DNA from: a virus
Reading direction: 5' to 3' (one strand)
IMG/VR virus record: IMGVR_UViG_3300025096_002738
Span: 17,162-81,161 of that record
DNA: 64,000 bases
In this document: piece by piece, positions 45,301 to 55,500 of the stretch
How the letters are laid out: every line of letters begins with the position of its first letter
Position numbering within the stretch: the first letter of the stretch is position 1
Program-made: the position numbers and the translations under genes
Notes under the pieces: generated by a model
Database searches by the model: none
What the model was told of the DNA's origin: nothing
Seen by the model: the letters and a program-made list of their open reading frames with translations, nothing else

Positions 45301-48300
45301 GGTTGTTCCCCTTCGAAAACCCCGCCCAAACGGCAGCCACGGCGACTGCGCTCGGAGGCTCTTTAGAACAGCTTAAGATTGACTTTACAAAGGACATGAT
45401 CGGTAATGGGCCCTTTTGGAGCGACTGGGGCTTTCTAAACATGACCTTGTCAGACACGATGGGTAAAGCTTTGAGCACCCACCATCGCGAAGTATCCTTT
45501 TCAAGAAGCAAGGTGGACTTTGTTAGCGACCTCTCCCTCCCAGACGATTATGTCAAAGAGGAGAATTTTCTATGGGTTTTCAGCGATCCAGTGGCGACCC
45601 CCGGTCAATATAGTAACTTTCCCAAGTCAGTGGCAGAATGGCTCAGAGATCAAATAGATGTGCTTCCGATTAGCTATAACCTCAATAACGATTTCAGTGG
45701 CAGTGAAATATTCGATCAGAGTTTTGAGGCTCTTGGGGTAACAACTTGGAATGGTAGCGTCAATGTTTTGGGCGTACCAGATTATGGCTACAATATTAAC
45801 CTAACAACACAGTGGGACCCGACCACGAATGCCAGCACTGAGAATGGTGCTTCTTCCGCAGGCTTTATACGACTTGAGCGCCTTCCCAGGAAGTTCACGC
45901 CAGATCTTCATTTGGAATTCCGTGACAATTTCGATGGCCGCAAGGAAGCCCAATTTGGAGTTGGCTACAATATTGGACTTTATCTATCCGATATAGTACA
46001 GAAAGCCGATGGGACCTACACCAACAAGGGGCTACCTACTGCTCCACTGGACGCAAATCGAGTCCTTATTTATGAAATGCTAAATGAGGCGGCCATGGCC
46101 ACAGGCGCCGAAGCCGGCTCCGAAACTTTAATTCAAGACATGTTGTTTGAATTCCTGGCGGTAGATGATACGCTGGGTTATTTCTACGAGGACGACGGCA
46201 CTCGATTGTCTGAGTTCCCTAACTTTACGTCTTGCTTCGAAACCCACCAAGACCACACTCCCCCTGTGGTCCTCCTAAATGAACTATTAGACAAGGTTCC
46301 ATCTTCTGAGGCTCCCACAAAAGGCCGGTTAAGAACCTTCATCCAAGACTATATGTCACAGTTTACAAACGACATTAAAGCCGAGATTGCAGGCAACAAA
46401 GCAGCTTGGGCTTATGGCGCCAAGTTTGATGACCTATCCCAGAAAGATATAGAATATGTTGTCGATGATAATCAGGTAACAGACGCCTATGTTGATGGAG
46501 TATACTATGATTTGGTTCCTGGCGGTACTCTATATGGTTCCATTAAAAAAGTAGATACCACTGCAACTAAAAACTTTAATCCTGATGGCTTGCGTAGCTT
46601 GCGCAATTCAGACGCAATCATGGGATTAAGCCGAGATCAATACGAGAACAAAAACGCTCCTAAGAAGATTAGAGCATATTATCTCAATCCAAGCACATAC
46701 GGAGGCACGTATACTTCGCCTCCGATTTATATCAAGCCCCAGAAGAACGAAGGCTGGATGGGGATGGCTGAAGTCCTTTTTCCCGAAACCAGTCCCTGCA
46801 AGCCGTCCAAGAAGGAGATGGTAGATTTTGATGGAATACAGGAAGAGGTCAATGACAACTATAACAAGGTTGCAGAAGACCCCCGTCTCGCCAACGAAAA
46901 CGAATGCACGCTCCAGGTGCCTTACAATAGAATCCTTGAGCGCCCCTCGGTCGCGGGAATCGAGGGCGTTATTCGCGCCGCATGCAGGATTTATGTCACC
47001 ACTCATTTCTTAAAAGCATCGGCATTGTTTTCTGTATTTAACCCAACACACCACCGAGAAACATTCGGTAGCCTTTACGCTCAGTTTATAGTAGAAGACA
47101 TGGAGAAGTCGTTCAAGGACGCTCAAAATGGATTCTTTGAGTTCTTTAACCCATTTAAGGACGAAGAATTCTGGTACGGGTTCCTGGAAATGGCCGTCCA
47201 GACCTACTCAAGATATATTGATGAGGAGCGTATTGTGTCTCCGAAACCAGAAATACGTGCCGCTCTAACCAGATTAAACGACATGCAGGAGCAGTATCAG
47301 TATCCTTCCAGAGCAGATTTACAAGATGCGAAAGAATCCGGCAGCACTAAGTGGTGGCAAACACTCGACAGCTACCGTGAAGAAAAGAACTTTGAAACTG
47401 TGCAGGCCACAGAGGAAGACGCCAAGTTGATTCTCAAAGAGTTCGTTATGATGGAACTTGAAGAAATGGGCGCCACCTTCACGGACAACCTGAAGACTCT
47501 GGACCGCCAACCGAAGTATGAAAGACTGGGATACTACGTTTTAACAAACAAGTCTCAAGGGGGCATTGATCTCGATCTACACAAGACCATTGAAAAAGAA
47601 CTTACAGAACTTCCCAAGAGCGGTGAAGGGTATTATACAGCAGGAAACGAATTTAGCGATTCAATGACTGCTGAGATGTATACAGGGTACTATCATGTTC
47701 AGCAAGACGATGACGGAACCCCCGTTTATGTTGCTGGCGAATATCAGAAAGATGGCGAAGATCAAGCGGTCTTAAGACCATGGTCTAACAAAATTGTTGT
47801 TCCAATCGGAGATATACAGGAATACGATTCCGGGGCCAACTACGTCCTTACTAGTACGGAAACACCCTTTATTGTTGAGAAGTACATCTCCATTAACGGC
47901 AACAAGAAAAATCCAACTGCCGCCATAGATACAATAAGAAGCAAATCATCCGGTAACATCTCCGACCACTACCCTGGTACTATGCAACTGCTTACTGAGA
48001 CTGATGAAGTGACTGGTGAAGAGAAAGAGATTGGAATCACCGGTGAACTAGGTGTTCGACATGGACTGTTGTTCTCTATCGGAATAAACGGACAAAAATA
48101 TGAAATAACTAGCGTTGAAATTGACGCACTCGATCTTAAGGTTACAGATGTTCAGCCTCTCGAAGGCAACAGCGAGCTTCTATTCTGTCTTATTCGTCAT
48201 TTGGTAGATGATTCTATGTTTAGAATGCTTACACAGTATATCTTCCCAATGCCAAAGGCACTCTCTACCATGGCAATCTACAATGATCTGGGATTCTTGC

Positions 48301-48800
48301 CGTCAATCGCTCAGGTTACTGTGGAGGAGGGGCTAGGAAAACCCGGCTGGTGGGGCCCCACCAACTCTGACCGCACTATTGAAACAATTCCTGGCATGAT
48401 TGCGACTTTCCCGGACGCTCAAGAAGGGGATTACACGCCTAACTACGACAATTCTAGAGAGGGTTGGGCAAACTATGAAGATCGGCAGCCCGGATTCCTA
48501 GCAGGCGTCCCTGGAAGCCCACAGTGGATCTTTGGACTTTTTGTTGTGACCTGGGATGAATGGGACCGCGTACTGCTTAAAAACTCAAAAGCAAGACTTA
48601 AACAGATGTTCCGTTCTTATTATTACTCTAAGGACTTCAGCCCGTTTCACTTTAAGCTTGATTTTGGTAAAATCTTCCTTAAGAATTTGAAAGGTAGTAT
48701 GTTCCCCAGTCCAGCGATTAAATTACTTCCATGGTGGAAGCGAAACAAGATCCGCGCTAATCCCTTTGATGCAAATGGAAATTTGTGTGATAAGAACTGA
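42306..48800 (+). CDS. Very large putative virion structural protein (2164 aa)
   Basis: Uninterrupted ORF in the baseplate module; acidic, with scattered Cys. Confidence 0.6.
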   Translation: MAEEDSKFLKFQDKDGNLLIDSCPDVEFVPAPLDCPDCKPDPKYIAPNWKSQTIDEPWLNQKECRYYITVTTPETSLLPEGATVVSDTEAEEHLKTIYTKYVTDAALGLLVAYNKKTDDSTIDLIIPAMKAEKSSLDSRKFSRLKLLYSIAYEDFAGLEEQEGDADGEDDSNANGVTVVYDANEIYHKLRTFQKTMKLYAGFYYGRRLIDKGSLIFQHPDGVETLYTNEQLDRYGTGVFGEDYMMSALTSLDDFLNNRGFNIFTGFEIADWFSNKNIVGRVELFYNNEYFLEKLKVTAGCGEAEWTGRKLQALTRKEIYKDPTAMAYFAQLNEMDRAIKSRETPAWIEFLTTYTYPPVKETFDWPYADAGPSEGGCIVGALEREAKQLGVDILNDTMSIGKAAAYAYVKNVCMSSSAEDRIGAPVEQMRELGLLYTPTESASGEMAKKNILAYSTEQAFKELESSSQPFINICAKMGTVVPGTDKKMLDDMWSGAFDQAKLAGLKSFLLEGVTCLMGSVTFEEFLATSLQSALESMTLENFGELFGGLPPERQQAIQDKLNARWESGELLEENSNSQYLSDVIQDMPNGVPSPWTDPNMVALQNAHVTEDPATNAPIVPTTISGNALEPNRRTLATRLDTASQTYSSVPGIMELWASQMIQEYQEDLLELLEPIGKFPGAQVITHTLLELDCPLPPLMTPTFMAKMSSLRPDLPQFKTKDDVKIPKTEYPAGWVPKYKDWTAFIYEAAKLVIQQVLIQTITRLIKKVCQLLGDAICAAIETAGKLAAAAITDGSSAEFGNIIRDSICGPDADQATVDKTIQEMFEKLGVGGAALADPIAVQNFVSDVSSAASRKELLNAFDGEMSAELAEIIDNLIEYEYPQFRQGLSNRGAIAGFFKNIGNIMPIDVRAAMKDFVNSLPEQDILPANPSLCATPEDLEDYCNLRAALLTGRSTPAQSQEMCQADKDERLADLADLANALNGLPVDLPPMLSDPGCENGLFPFENPAQTAATATALGGSLEQLKIDFTKDMIGNGPFWSDWGFLNMTLSDTMGKALSTHHREVSFSRSKVDFVSDLSLPDDYVKEENFLWVFSDPVATPGQYSNFPKSVAEWLRDQIDVLPISYNLNNDFSGSEIFDQSFEALGVTTWNGSVNVLGVPDYGYNINLTTQWDPTTNASTENGASSAGFIRLERLPRKFTPDLHLEFRDNFDGRKEAQFGVGYNIGLYLSDIVQKADGTYTNKGLPTAPLDANRVLIYEMLNEAAMATGAEAGSETLIQDMLFEFLAVDDTLGYFYEDDGTRLSEFPNFTSCFETHQDHTPPVVLLNELLDKVPSSEAPTKGRLRTFIQDYMSQFTNDIKAEIAGNKAAWAYGAKFDDLSQKDIEYVVDDNQVTDAYVDGVYYDLVPGGTLYGSIKKVDTTATKNFNPDGLRSLRNSDAIMGLSRDQYENKNAPKKIRAYYLNPSTYGGTYTSPPIYIKPQKNEGWMGMAEVLFPETSPCKPSKKEMVDFDGIQEEVNDNYNKVAEDPRLANENECTLQVPYNRILERPSVAGIEGVIRAACRIYVTTHFLKASALFSVFNPTHHRETFGSLYAQFIVEDMEKSFKDAQNGFFEFFNPFKDEEFWYGFLEMAVQTYSRYIDEERIVSPKPEIRAALTRLNDMQEQYQYPSRADLQDAKESGSTKWWQTLDSYREEKNFETVQATEEDAKLILKEFVMMELEEMGATFTDNLKTLDRQPKYERLGYYVLTNKSQGGIDLDLHKTIEKELTELPKSGEGYYTAGNEFSDSMTAEMYTGYYHVQQDDDGTPVYVAGEYQKDGEDQAVLRPWSNKIVVPIGDIQEYDSGANYVLTSTETPFIVEKYISINGNKKNPTAAIDTIRSKSSGNISDHYPGTMQLLTETDEVTGEEKEIGITGELGVRHGLLFSIGINGQKYEITSVEIDALDLKVTDVQPLEGNSELLFCLIRHLVDDSMFRMLTQYIFPMPKALSTMAIYNDLGFLPSIAQVTVEEGLGKPGWWGPTNSDRTIETIPGMIATFPDAQEGDYTPNYDNSREGWANYEDRQPGFLAGVPGSPQWIFGLFVVTWDEWDRVLLKNSKARLKQMFRSYYYSKDFSPFHFKLDFGKIFLKNLKGSMFPSPAIKLLPWWKRNKIRANPFDANGNLCDKN

Positions 48801-48832
48801 AATAGCGAATAATTACAGGAAAAGGTAACAGT

Positions 48833-49201
48833 ATGTCTTCTATCGGAGTGAGTCTTCCAATAACACAGGATTCTGGAAACGGTTTTACTACAATAAAGAC
48901 CATTAGACGAATGGTAAAGCAAAATCTTAAAATGCTTATTCTTACTATTCCCGGTGAGAGAGTCATGATTCCTGATTATGGAGTGGGGTTATCTAAATAT
49001 CTGTTCGAATTTGCCGCAACTGGAATTCAAAGCGACATTCAAAGTAGAATAGAGGAACAGGTTGCTAGATATTTGCCAATTGTAAGGATTATCGATATGA
49101 CAATCGCAGTGCCTTCGGACGCCCCAAACTCGCTATCAGTGCAACTAGTTTATAATATTCCGAATTTGAACACCAGGGATATGTTAGAAATTACTATTTA
49201 A
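48833..49201 (+). CDS. Baseplate wedge subunit, T4 gp25-like
   Basis: QNLKMLILTIPGERVMIPDYGVGL..LFE..YLP. Confidence 0.9.
   Translation: MSSIGVSLPITQDSGNGFTTIKTIRRMVKQNLKMLILTIPGERVMIPDYGVGLSKYLFEFAATGIQSDIQSRIEEQVARYLPIVRIIDMTIAVPSDAPNSLSVQLVYNIPNLNTRDMLEITI
49194..49201 (+). promoter_or_regulatory. CTAnTTA motif (putative late promoter) before the gp6-like gene
   Basis: CTATTTAA, 19 nt before ATG 49221. Confidence 0.5.
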
Positions 49202-49220
49202 TAGGTGAAGGAAAATAATA

Positions 49221-51017
49221 ATGCCAGATAACACCAAGAAAAACACTCCTATCAATTATCTTAACCGTGAATTCAGCGGTATCCGCAACGATCTTATAGA
49301 ATTGGCGGAACGATTTTACCCAACACAGTTTCAAGATTTTAGTGAAGGTTCGTTTGGTGCTATGATGGTCGATGCGGTTGCTTACGTTGGCGACCAGCTA
49401 TCTCTTTACCTGGATTACAATGTCAATGAGGCTTTTCTAGATACTTCATTTGATAGAAACAATATCTTACGCCACGGCGCTGCTTTAGGCTATAAGAACC
49501 GCGGCCGTTCCTCTACTTATGGAACAGTGGCGCTCTTCGTTATGGTGCCGGCCGAAGTCGGCGGCTTGGGCCCTGATACTGCTTATATTCCGATCCTTCC
49601 AAAAGGCGCCCGTCTTTCATCAACCGCAGGCATTGGATTTATCCTTACGGACGATGTTGATTTCTCAGAGCCCAAGAATGACGTTGTAGTTGCCCGCGTG
49701 AACGCCTCCACAGGCGCCCCCACACACTACGCCATTAAAGCTTATGGAAACGTAGTGTCTGGCCAGCTAGCTTTCCGACGCGTCACCGTCGGAGCCTACC
49801 AAAGATTCTTAAAAGTCAAAATAGCCAACGAAGAAATCGCAGAAGTCATAAGCGTTTTTGATGCAGAAGGTAACGAGTTCTTCGAAGTAGATTACTTGGC
49901 GCAAGATATGGTTTATAAAGAACTGAAAAACGATAACTTCCAGGCGGACAATGTACCGTCAATTATCAAGCCTCTTCTTGTATCAAGAAAGTTTATCATG
50001 GATACTGGACCTAGAGGCACCTTCCTACAGTTTGGAAGTGGGGATCCTGGCGCCACAAACGTTGTAGCAAGCCCACAGAGCGTAGCAGTCAACACATTTG
50101 GGAAGTCATACATTACTGACACCACATTCGATCCCACTAGGCTGACCAAAAACCATAGTTTCGGAATAGTCCCGGCAAATACCACGCTGTTGATTTCTTA
50201 CCGAATCATCCAGCCGCTAAACGGCAACCTGGGTGTTGGAGCGATTAATGGGGTGGGCTCTTCAACATTGCAGTTTAAGGACAGAAACTCACTAAGCACG
50301 GCACTCATCACAGGGGTTCAAAACTCTCTAGAGGCCTCAAACGAGACCCCAATAGTTGGAGACGTCTCATCCATTTCAGTGGGCCAGTTAAAGCAGCAGA
50401 TTCTAGACACTTTTCCAACACAGAACCGCGCCGTTACTCAAGCGGACTATGAGAATTTGGCTCTTAGAATGCCCCCGCGTCTGGGTTCTATAAAGAGGGT
50501 TTCAACACAGAAAGATCAAGACTCATTAAAAAGAAATCTAAATCTATATGTTGTCTCTGAAGATCAGTTTGGAAAACTAACGAGAACCAACCAGACAATC
50601 AAAAACAATCTTAAAACTTGGCTGTCTACTCATCGCATGATTAACGATACCGTCGACATTCTTGATCCTTACATTATTAATCTCGGAGTAGACTTTGTAA
50701 TCTCGGCATCCCCCGGCGTTGATAAAAACACAGCGCTCAATGCAGCCATGACAAAAATCAGGCAGCGCTTTGCTGAGGGATTCTTTATTGGCGAGAAGTT
50801 ATACATCAGCGACGTCTACAGTACCCTTAAGGAAACGATGGGGGTTCTTGATGTGGTAAAAGTCAAAATAAACAACAAGACTGGTGCTCGCTATTCATCG
50901 GTAGCCTACAACATTAACAAGAACTTGTCACCCGATGGCAGTTATCTCATGGCACCAATGAATGGCGTCTTCGAGATTAAGTTCCCGATTACAGATATAA
51001 AAGGAAAGATTAGATAA
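49221..51017 (+). CDS. Baseplate wedge subunit, T4 gp6-like
   Basis: YLNREFSGIR..DFSEGS..AYVGD.LS.Y.D...NEAFL, LQFGSG, QNRAVT.ADY. Confidence 0.88.
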   Translation: MPDNTKKNTPINYLNREFSGIRNDLIELAERFYPTQFQDFSEGSFGAMMVDAVAYVGDQLSLYLDYNVNEAFLDTSFDRNNILRHGAALGYKNRGRSSTYGTVALFVMVPAEVGGLGPDTAYIPILPKGARLSSTAGIGFILTDDVDFSEPKNDVVVARVNASTGAPTHYAIKAYGNVVSGQLAFRRVTVGAYQRFLKVKIANEEIAEVISVFDAEGNEFFEVDYLAQDMVYKELKNDNFQADNVPSIIKPLLVSRKFIMDTGPRGTFLQFGSGDPGATNVVASPQSVAVNTFGKSYITDTTFDPTRLTKNHSFGIVPANTTLLISYRIIQPLNGNLGVGAINGVGSSTLQFKDRNSLSTALITGVQNSLEASNETPIVGDVSSISVGQLKQQILDTFPTQNRAVTQADYENLALRMPPRLGSIKRVSTQKDQDSLKRNLNLYVVSEDQFGKLTRTNQTIKNNLKTWLSTHRMINDTVDILDPYIINLGVDFVISASPGVDKNTALNAAMTKIRQRFAEGFFIGEKLYISDVYSTLKETMGVLDVVKVKINNKTGARYSSVAYNINKNLSPDGSYLMAPMNGVFEIKFPITDIKGKIR

Positions 51018-52561
51018 TGCCTTTGCTAAGATACACTGCGTCGGCAGACAACACTATTGTAAACGCCTTTCAGCCCAACTTGCGAGTTCGCGGCACCGGC
51101 TCCAATGCCGGCGAGGCGGATATCCTAGAGGTTTTCTCTATCTACGGAAGGCAGACCACTTCCTCGCAGGAACTATCGCGAACTTTGATTAAGTTCCCTA
51201 TTAACGAGATTTCTAACAATCGCTCAACTTCCGCGATTCCTGCTAGTGGTAGTGTGAGTTTTTATCTTAAGTTGTATAACGCACCTAGCTCAAAGACAGT
51301 GCCGACAGATTTCACACTGGTTGCTAACCCGATGAAGTCAGACTGGCAAGAAGGAATCGGACTGGATCTTGAGGGATACAAAGATCTTACAAAAGGAAAC
51401 ATTGGTTCCAACTGGATGAGCGCCAGTTCAACTGCCTCATGGAACTCTGTGTCTGGTGGTGGCGACTGGCTTTCAAGCTCCGCAGATTATCGATATGAAC
51501 AAAGATTTCAGTCTGGTCTAGAAAACTTAGAAATCAACATCACCCCGCTTGTTGAGTGCTGGTTGGCAGGCACTATTCCGAACTATGGCTTGGGAGTCAA
51601 ACTAACATCCAGCCAGGAAGCATCCGGGTCTGGCATAACAGTGCTGGCCTCTAACGACCAAAGCGTGCAGAATAACCCCCTCGGCGCTACGGTTTCTAAC
51701 TATACGAAGAGATTCTTTGCCCGCAAAACTCAATATTTCTTTAAGCGACCTACGATTGAGGCTCGGTGGAGCGACGTTAGGCGTGATGATCGATCGCATT
51801 TTTACTTTAGTTCTTCCCGTGCTCCTGCGGTAGATAACCTTAATACTCTTTATTTTTATAACGTTATCCGCGGCCGACTCGCTAACATACCCAACATTGG
51901 AACGGGTGTGCTGTTAGTAAGTTTATATTCCGGCTCCAGCCCTTATAACACAGGTCCATCGGGCTCAGCGCTTACTCTCTATGATGGCAAGACTGCAATG
52001 ACAGGCGGCTATGTGTCCACGGGTATCTACTCCTGTTCAATCGGTCTTGTTTCTGCGAGCACCTCGCCTCTATATGATGTGTGGCATACCGGCGCCGGCG
52101 GCAGTCCTACTGATGAATATTTCACGGGCTCTATCAGTCCCCGGCTTTTTTCCGCAGGAATGACCTTGGAACAGCCTCAGTATGTTGTCAACCTGACAAA
52201 TCTTAAAGACAAATACCTTTCTCAAGAAACTGTGCGCTTAAATCTATATGTGCGAAATAAGAATTGGAATCCCACTATTTATACAGTAGCGAAAGAAGCT
52301 CCCGAGGCAATGCCTATTCAGAGCGCTTCGTTTAGAGTATACAGGATTTTTGATGGCTATAACGCAGTAGATTACGGAACAGGATCAGATTTCCATACTG
52401 GTCTTTCCTACGACGTATCCGGCAACTACTTTGATTTCGATATGAAGTTACTTGAGCCTGGATACATGTACGGATTTAGGTTTGCATTTTATGATGAAAT
52501 ATCAAAATCATGGCAAGAACAGTCAGAGACCTTCAAATTTAAGGTAGAGCAAGGGTTGTAA
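51017..52561 (+). CDS. Putative baseplate/tail structural protein (beta-rich, Ser/Thr-rich)
   Basis: ADNTI..SRTLIKF..WQEG.G..NYGL..RP.IEARW layout; many [ST][GA]S tripeptides. Confidence 0.6.
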   Translation: MPLLRYTASADNTIVNAFQPNLRVRGTGSNAGEADILEVFSIYGRQTTSSQELSRTLIKFPINEISNNRSTSAIPASGSVSFYLKLYNAPSSKTVPTDFTLVANPMKSDWQEGIGLDLEGYKDLTKGNIGSNWMSASSTASWNSVSGGGDWLSSSADYRYEQRFQSGLENLEINITPLVECWLAGTIPNYGLGVKLTSSQEASGSGITVLASNDQSVQNNPLGATVSNYTKRFFARKTQYFFKRPTIEARWSDVRRDDRSHFYFSSSRAPAVDNLNTLYFYNVIRGRLANIPNIGTGVLLVSLYSGSSPYNTGPSGSALTLYDGKTAMTGGYVSTGIYSCSIGLVSASTSPLYDVWHTGAGGSPTDEYFTGSISPRLFSAGMTLEQPQYVVNLTNLKDKYLSQETVRLNLYVRNKNWNPTIYTVAKEAPEAMPIQSASFRVYRIFDGYNAVDYGTGSDFHTGLSYDVSGNYFDFDMKLLEPGYMYGFRFAFYDEISKSWQEQSETFKFKVEQGL

Positions 52562-52564
52562 TAA

Positions 52565-55500
52565 ATGAGCGATATCAAAAACTTATTTGATTCGAAAGCA
52601 AAATACCAAGATTACCAAACTGAGCAAGAAGCTTTTGAAACTGTCGAATCTAAGGAAAATGCCACTCAGTTAGTGGTAAAGCAGAACACGTTTGTTCCGC
52701 AGATTGATTACAGTAAGCCCTCTCGTTTTGCATTTTTTGGCTCTGCTGAGCTATATTACTCTGGGTCTTTTGACAAGATTTCTGGCTATTACCCCTATGA
52801 TGGTACTCGTGCTGAAAAGAATGCGTTTTACAACAGTCTGCTGGAAGTAGACAAATACATATTCGATAATCTTTATCCGCGAAGAAACGGCTATATCTCT
52901 CTCGCTAGCGATGGGTGGACTAGTCGTGTTGGCGGCTTGGTTGATGGCTATGGATTGCCGACCACGCAAGAATACATTACCCTAAAGGGTGGTCCAAACA
53001 CAGGCTCCGCCGGTTCATCCTTGGCGGATCAGTCACCTAATGCCTTCTCCGACGCCTTTAACTACGGTAACATCTATGCCGATTCCGGCAGCATGTACCA
53101 GAAGGCCGGCTACCCATCCGATTATGGAAAGGGCACTCAGCTGTCTAACCTAAGATCTGATTTTGACGACGGCGTAACGGTAGAATTCTGGCTTAAGACG
53201 GGTTCTCTCACTCCACTCATCACCACCCAAAAGCAAGTCATCTTTGACATGTGGAACAATGTAGCCACCTCTTCGATGAGTTCTGATTACGGAAGAATTA
53301 GGATCGAGCTAAATTCGGCAGCGTCCAGCCCAATAACATTCACGGTTCAATCCGGCTCAGCTACTAAGACCTCCACAATTGGCGCCGGCACCTCCGCCAC
53401 CGATTCATTTGGGGATTGGCAGCACTATGCCCTGGTGTTTGAGAACACAGGGAGCCTCTTCCGCACAAGGCTTTACGTCAATGGAATCTTTAATGATGTT
53501 GTTGCGACAGTCGGAACGGTCTCCGAGCTAAACTCCAAGAACATGATGGCTCGTCTAGGTTCACTAATCACGAGCCCCAGCGGCTCCGCCGCCGCGTCCG
53601 GCGCCGGAAAGCTATCCGGTTCAATGGACGAATTCCGATTCTGGAAGGCTGCCCGCAACGCCAAGCAGATTGGAGAGAACTGGCTTGATCAGGTTGGCGG
53701 CGGAACAAACAGCGACGTTGTCAACGCTACCCTAGGCGTATATTACAAGTTCAATGCTGGTATTACTGGCGAAACAGCAACCGACTCTGTAGTCTTGGAC
53801 TATGGCGGCCGCGTTAGCAATGGCGTGTGGACCAATTACTCATCAAATGGGCGTTCTATAGATTCGGCCATGGTGCTAGCAGGGGCTGCATCTAAGGAAT
53901 ACAAGGATCCAGTCGTAAGAACAAACAACCCAAGCTACGTATCCTTGCGGACAAACTTACTGGCAAGCGGCTCCAACCACGATCTTAACAACAACTCAAT
54001 GTTCATTAATTACGCCCCGGAATGGGTGCTTTCTGAACATGCTGATAGCGGAAATGACAATCTTAAATACATTTCACATATTTGCGGCGCTTACTTCGAC
54101 AAGCTATATGTTCTAACTCAGCAGATACCGAAGCTAAATCACGCCAACTACACTACAGCTTCGGCCGAACCGCTACCGTTCGCGCAGCACCTCCCACAGA
54201 GCTTGGGTCTGCAAACTCCTGATATCTTTGTCGATGCCACCATTCTAGAGAATTTACGTAACCGCGACGAAGACAGCTTCTTCGAGGGCGAACTAAAACA
54301 GACACAAGATCTTATTTACCAGAACCTGTACAATAACTTGGCACACATCTTTAAGGCCAAGGGAACAGAAAAGGCGATTAGAAATGTTTTAAGGTGCTTT
54401 AACTTAGACGACTCTCTGATCCGCTTCAAGACATATACCAAGGGTACAACATACGAGATAAAGAACAATCTAAAGCAGATAATCGTTGAAGACGCAAGTC
54501 TGAACCTTAATAAGTCACAGAACATCGGCGCCGTAGTTTACCAGCGTGTCAGTTCTTCAAACGCAGAGTCTACGGGTTATCTTTCTGCATCGCGCGGAAC
54601 TGCGGAGCGCCCTTATGGGTTTACCACTGAAGCCGATATCCTGTTTCCGAAATTCAACAAAATCAATGATTCGATAGAAAGAGATTTCACCGAAGTTTCT
54701 CTATTCGGAACAGTGGCTGTGGCTCAGCAGGCGACATCATCTAATGGAACCGACACAACCTTCTTGGCTAGCGACTCTGCTAACTTTGGAGTATATGCGG
54801 TTCGCGATGAGCCCTATTCGCACAATGTATCTTTCAAACTAAGCTCTTCCATAGGTCCGTGCCCGATTCCGATTCTAACCAGTAGCATATTCTCAAATGT
54901 ATATGACGATAGCGAGTGGAACATTTCAGTCCGTGTTCGGCCGTCAGGCTACCCGTACTCATATTTGGTGTCCGGCTCTATGTCGGACACGTATGACGTT
55001 ATTTTTAGAGGCGTTAACTCTTATCTCGGAGTTGTTCAGAATAGTTTCGAAGTCTCAAGCTCCATAATCGCAGCATCAGGAAGCGCTTTCTTGACCACGC
55101 CTAAACGCGTATACTGTGGTGCCCGCCGGTGGAACTTGACTGGCGCCCTCTTGCAGAAGTCAGATGTCATTATTTCAAACATCAAGGCCTGGGCAAAACA
55201 CATAGATAACCAGTCATTGGATCAACACGTTTATGATTTCGACAACTCTGGTATATCTGCTTCCTATCAAAGCATTTCAGGCTTAGACAACAACAACAAC
55301 TATTTTGATATTTGGAATGCCAATACATTGGCGCTCGAATGGAATTTCGACTCAGTTACCGGTTCTGATGCATCTGGTAACTTTTATGTACAAGATTATA
55401 GCTCAGGCTCTGCATTACTCAGAGACAACTACGGTTGGATCGGAGATACTATCGGATACCAGCACTCTGGTTATGGCTACGGTTTCGGAGCTTCCTCCTC

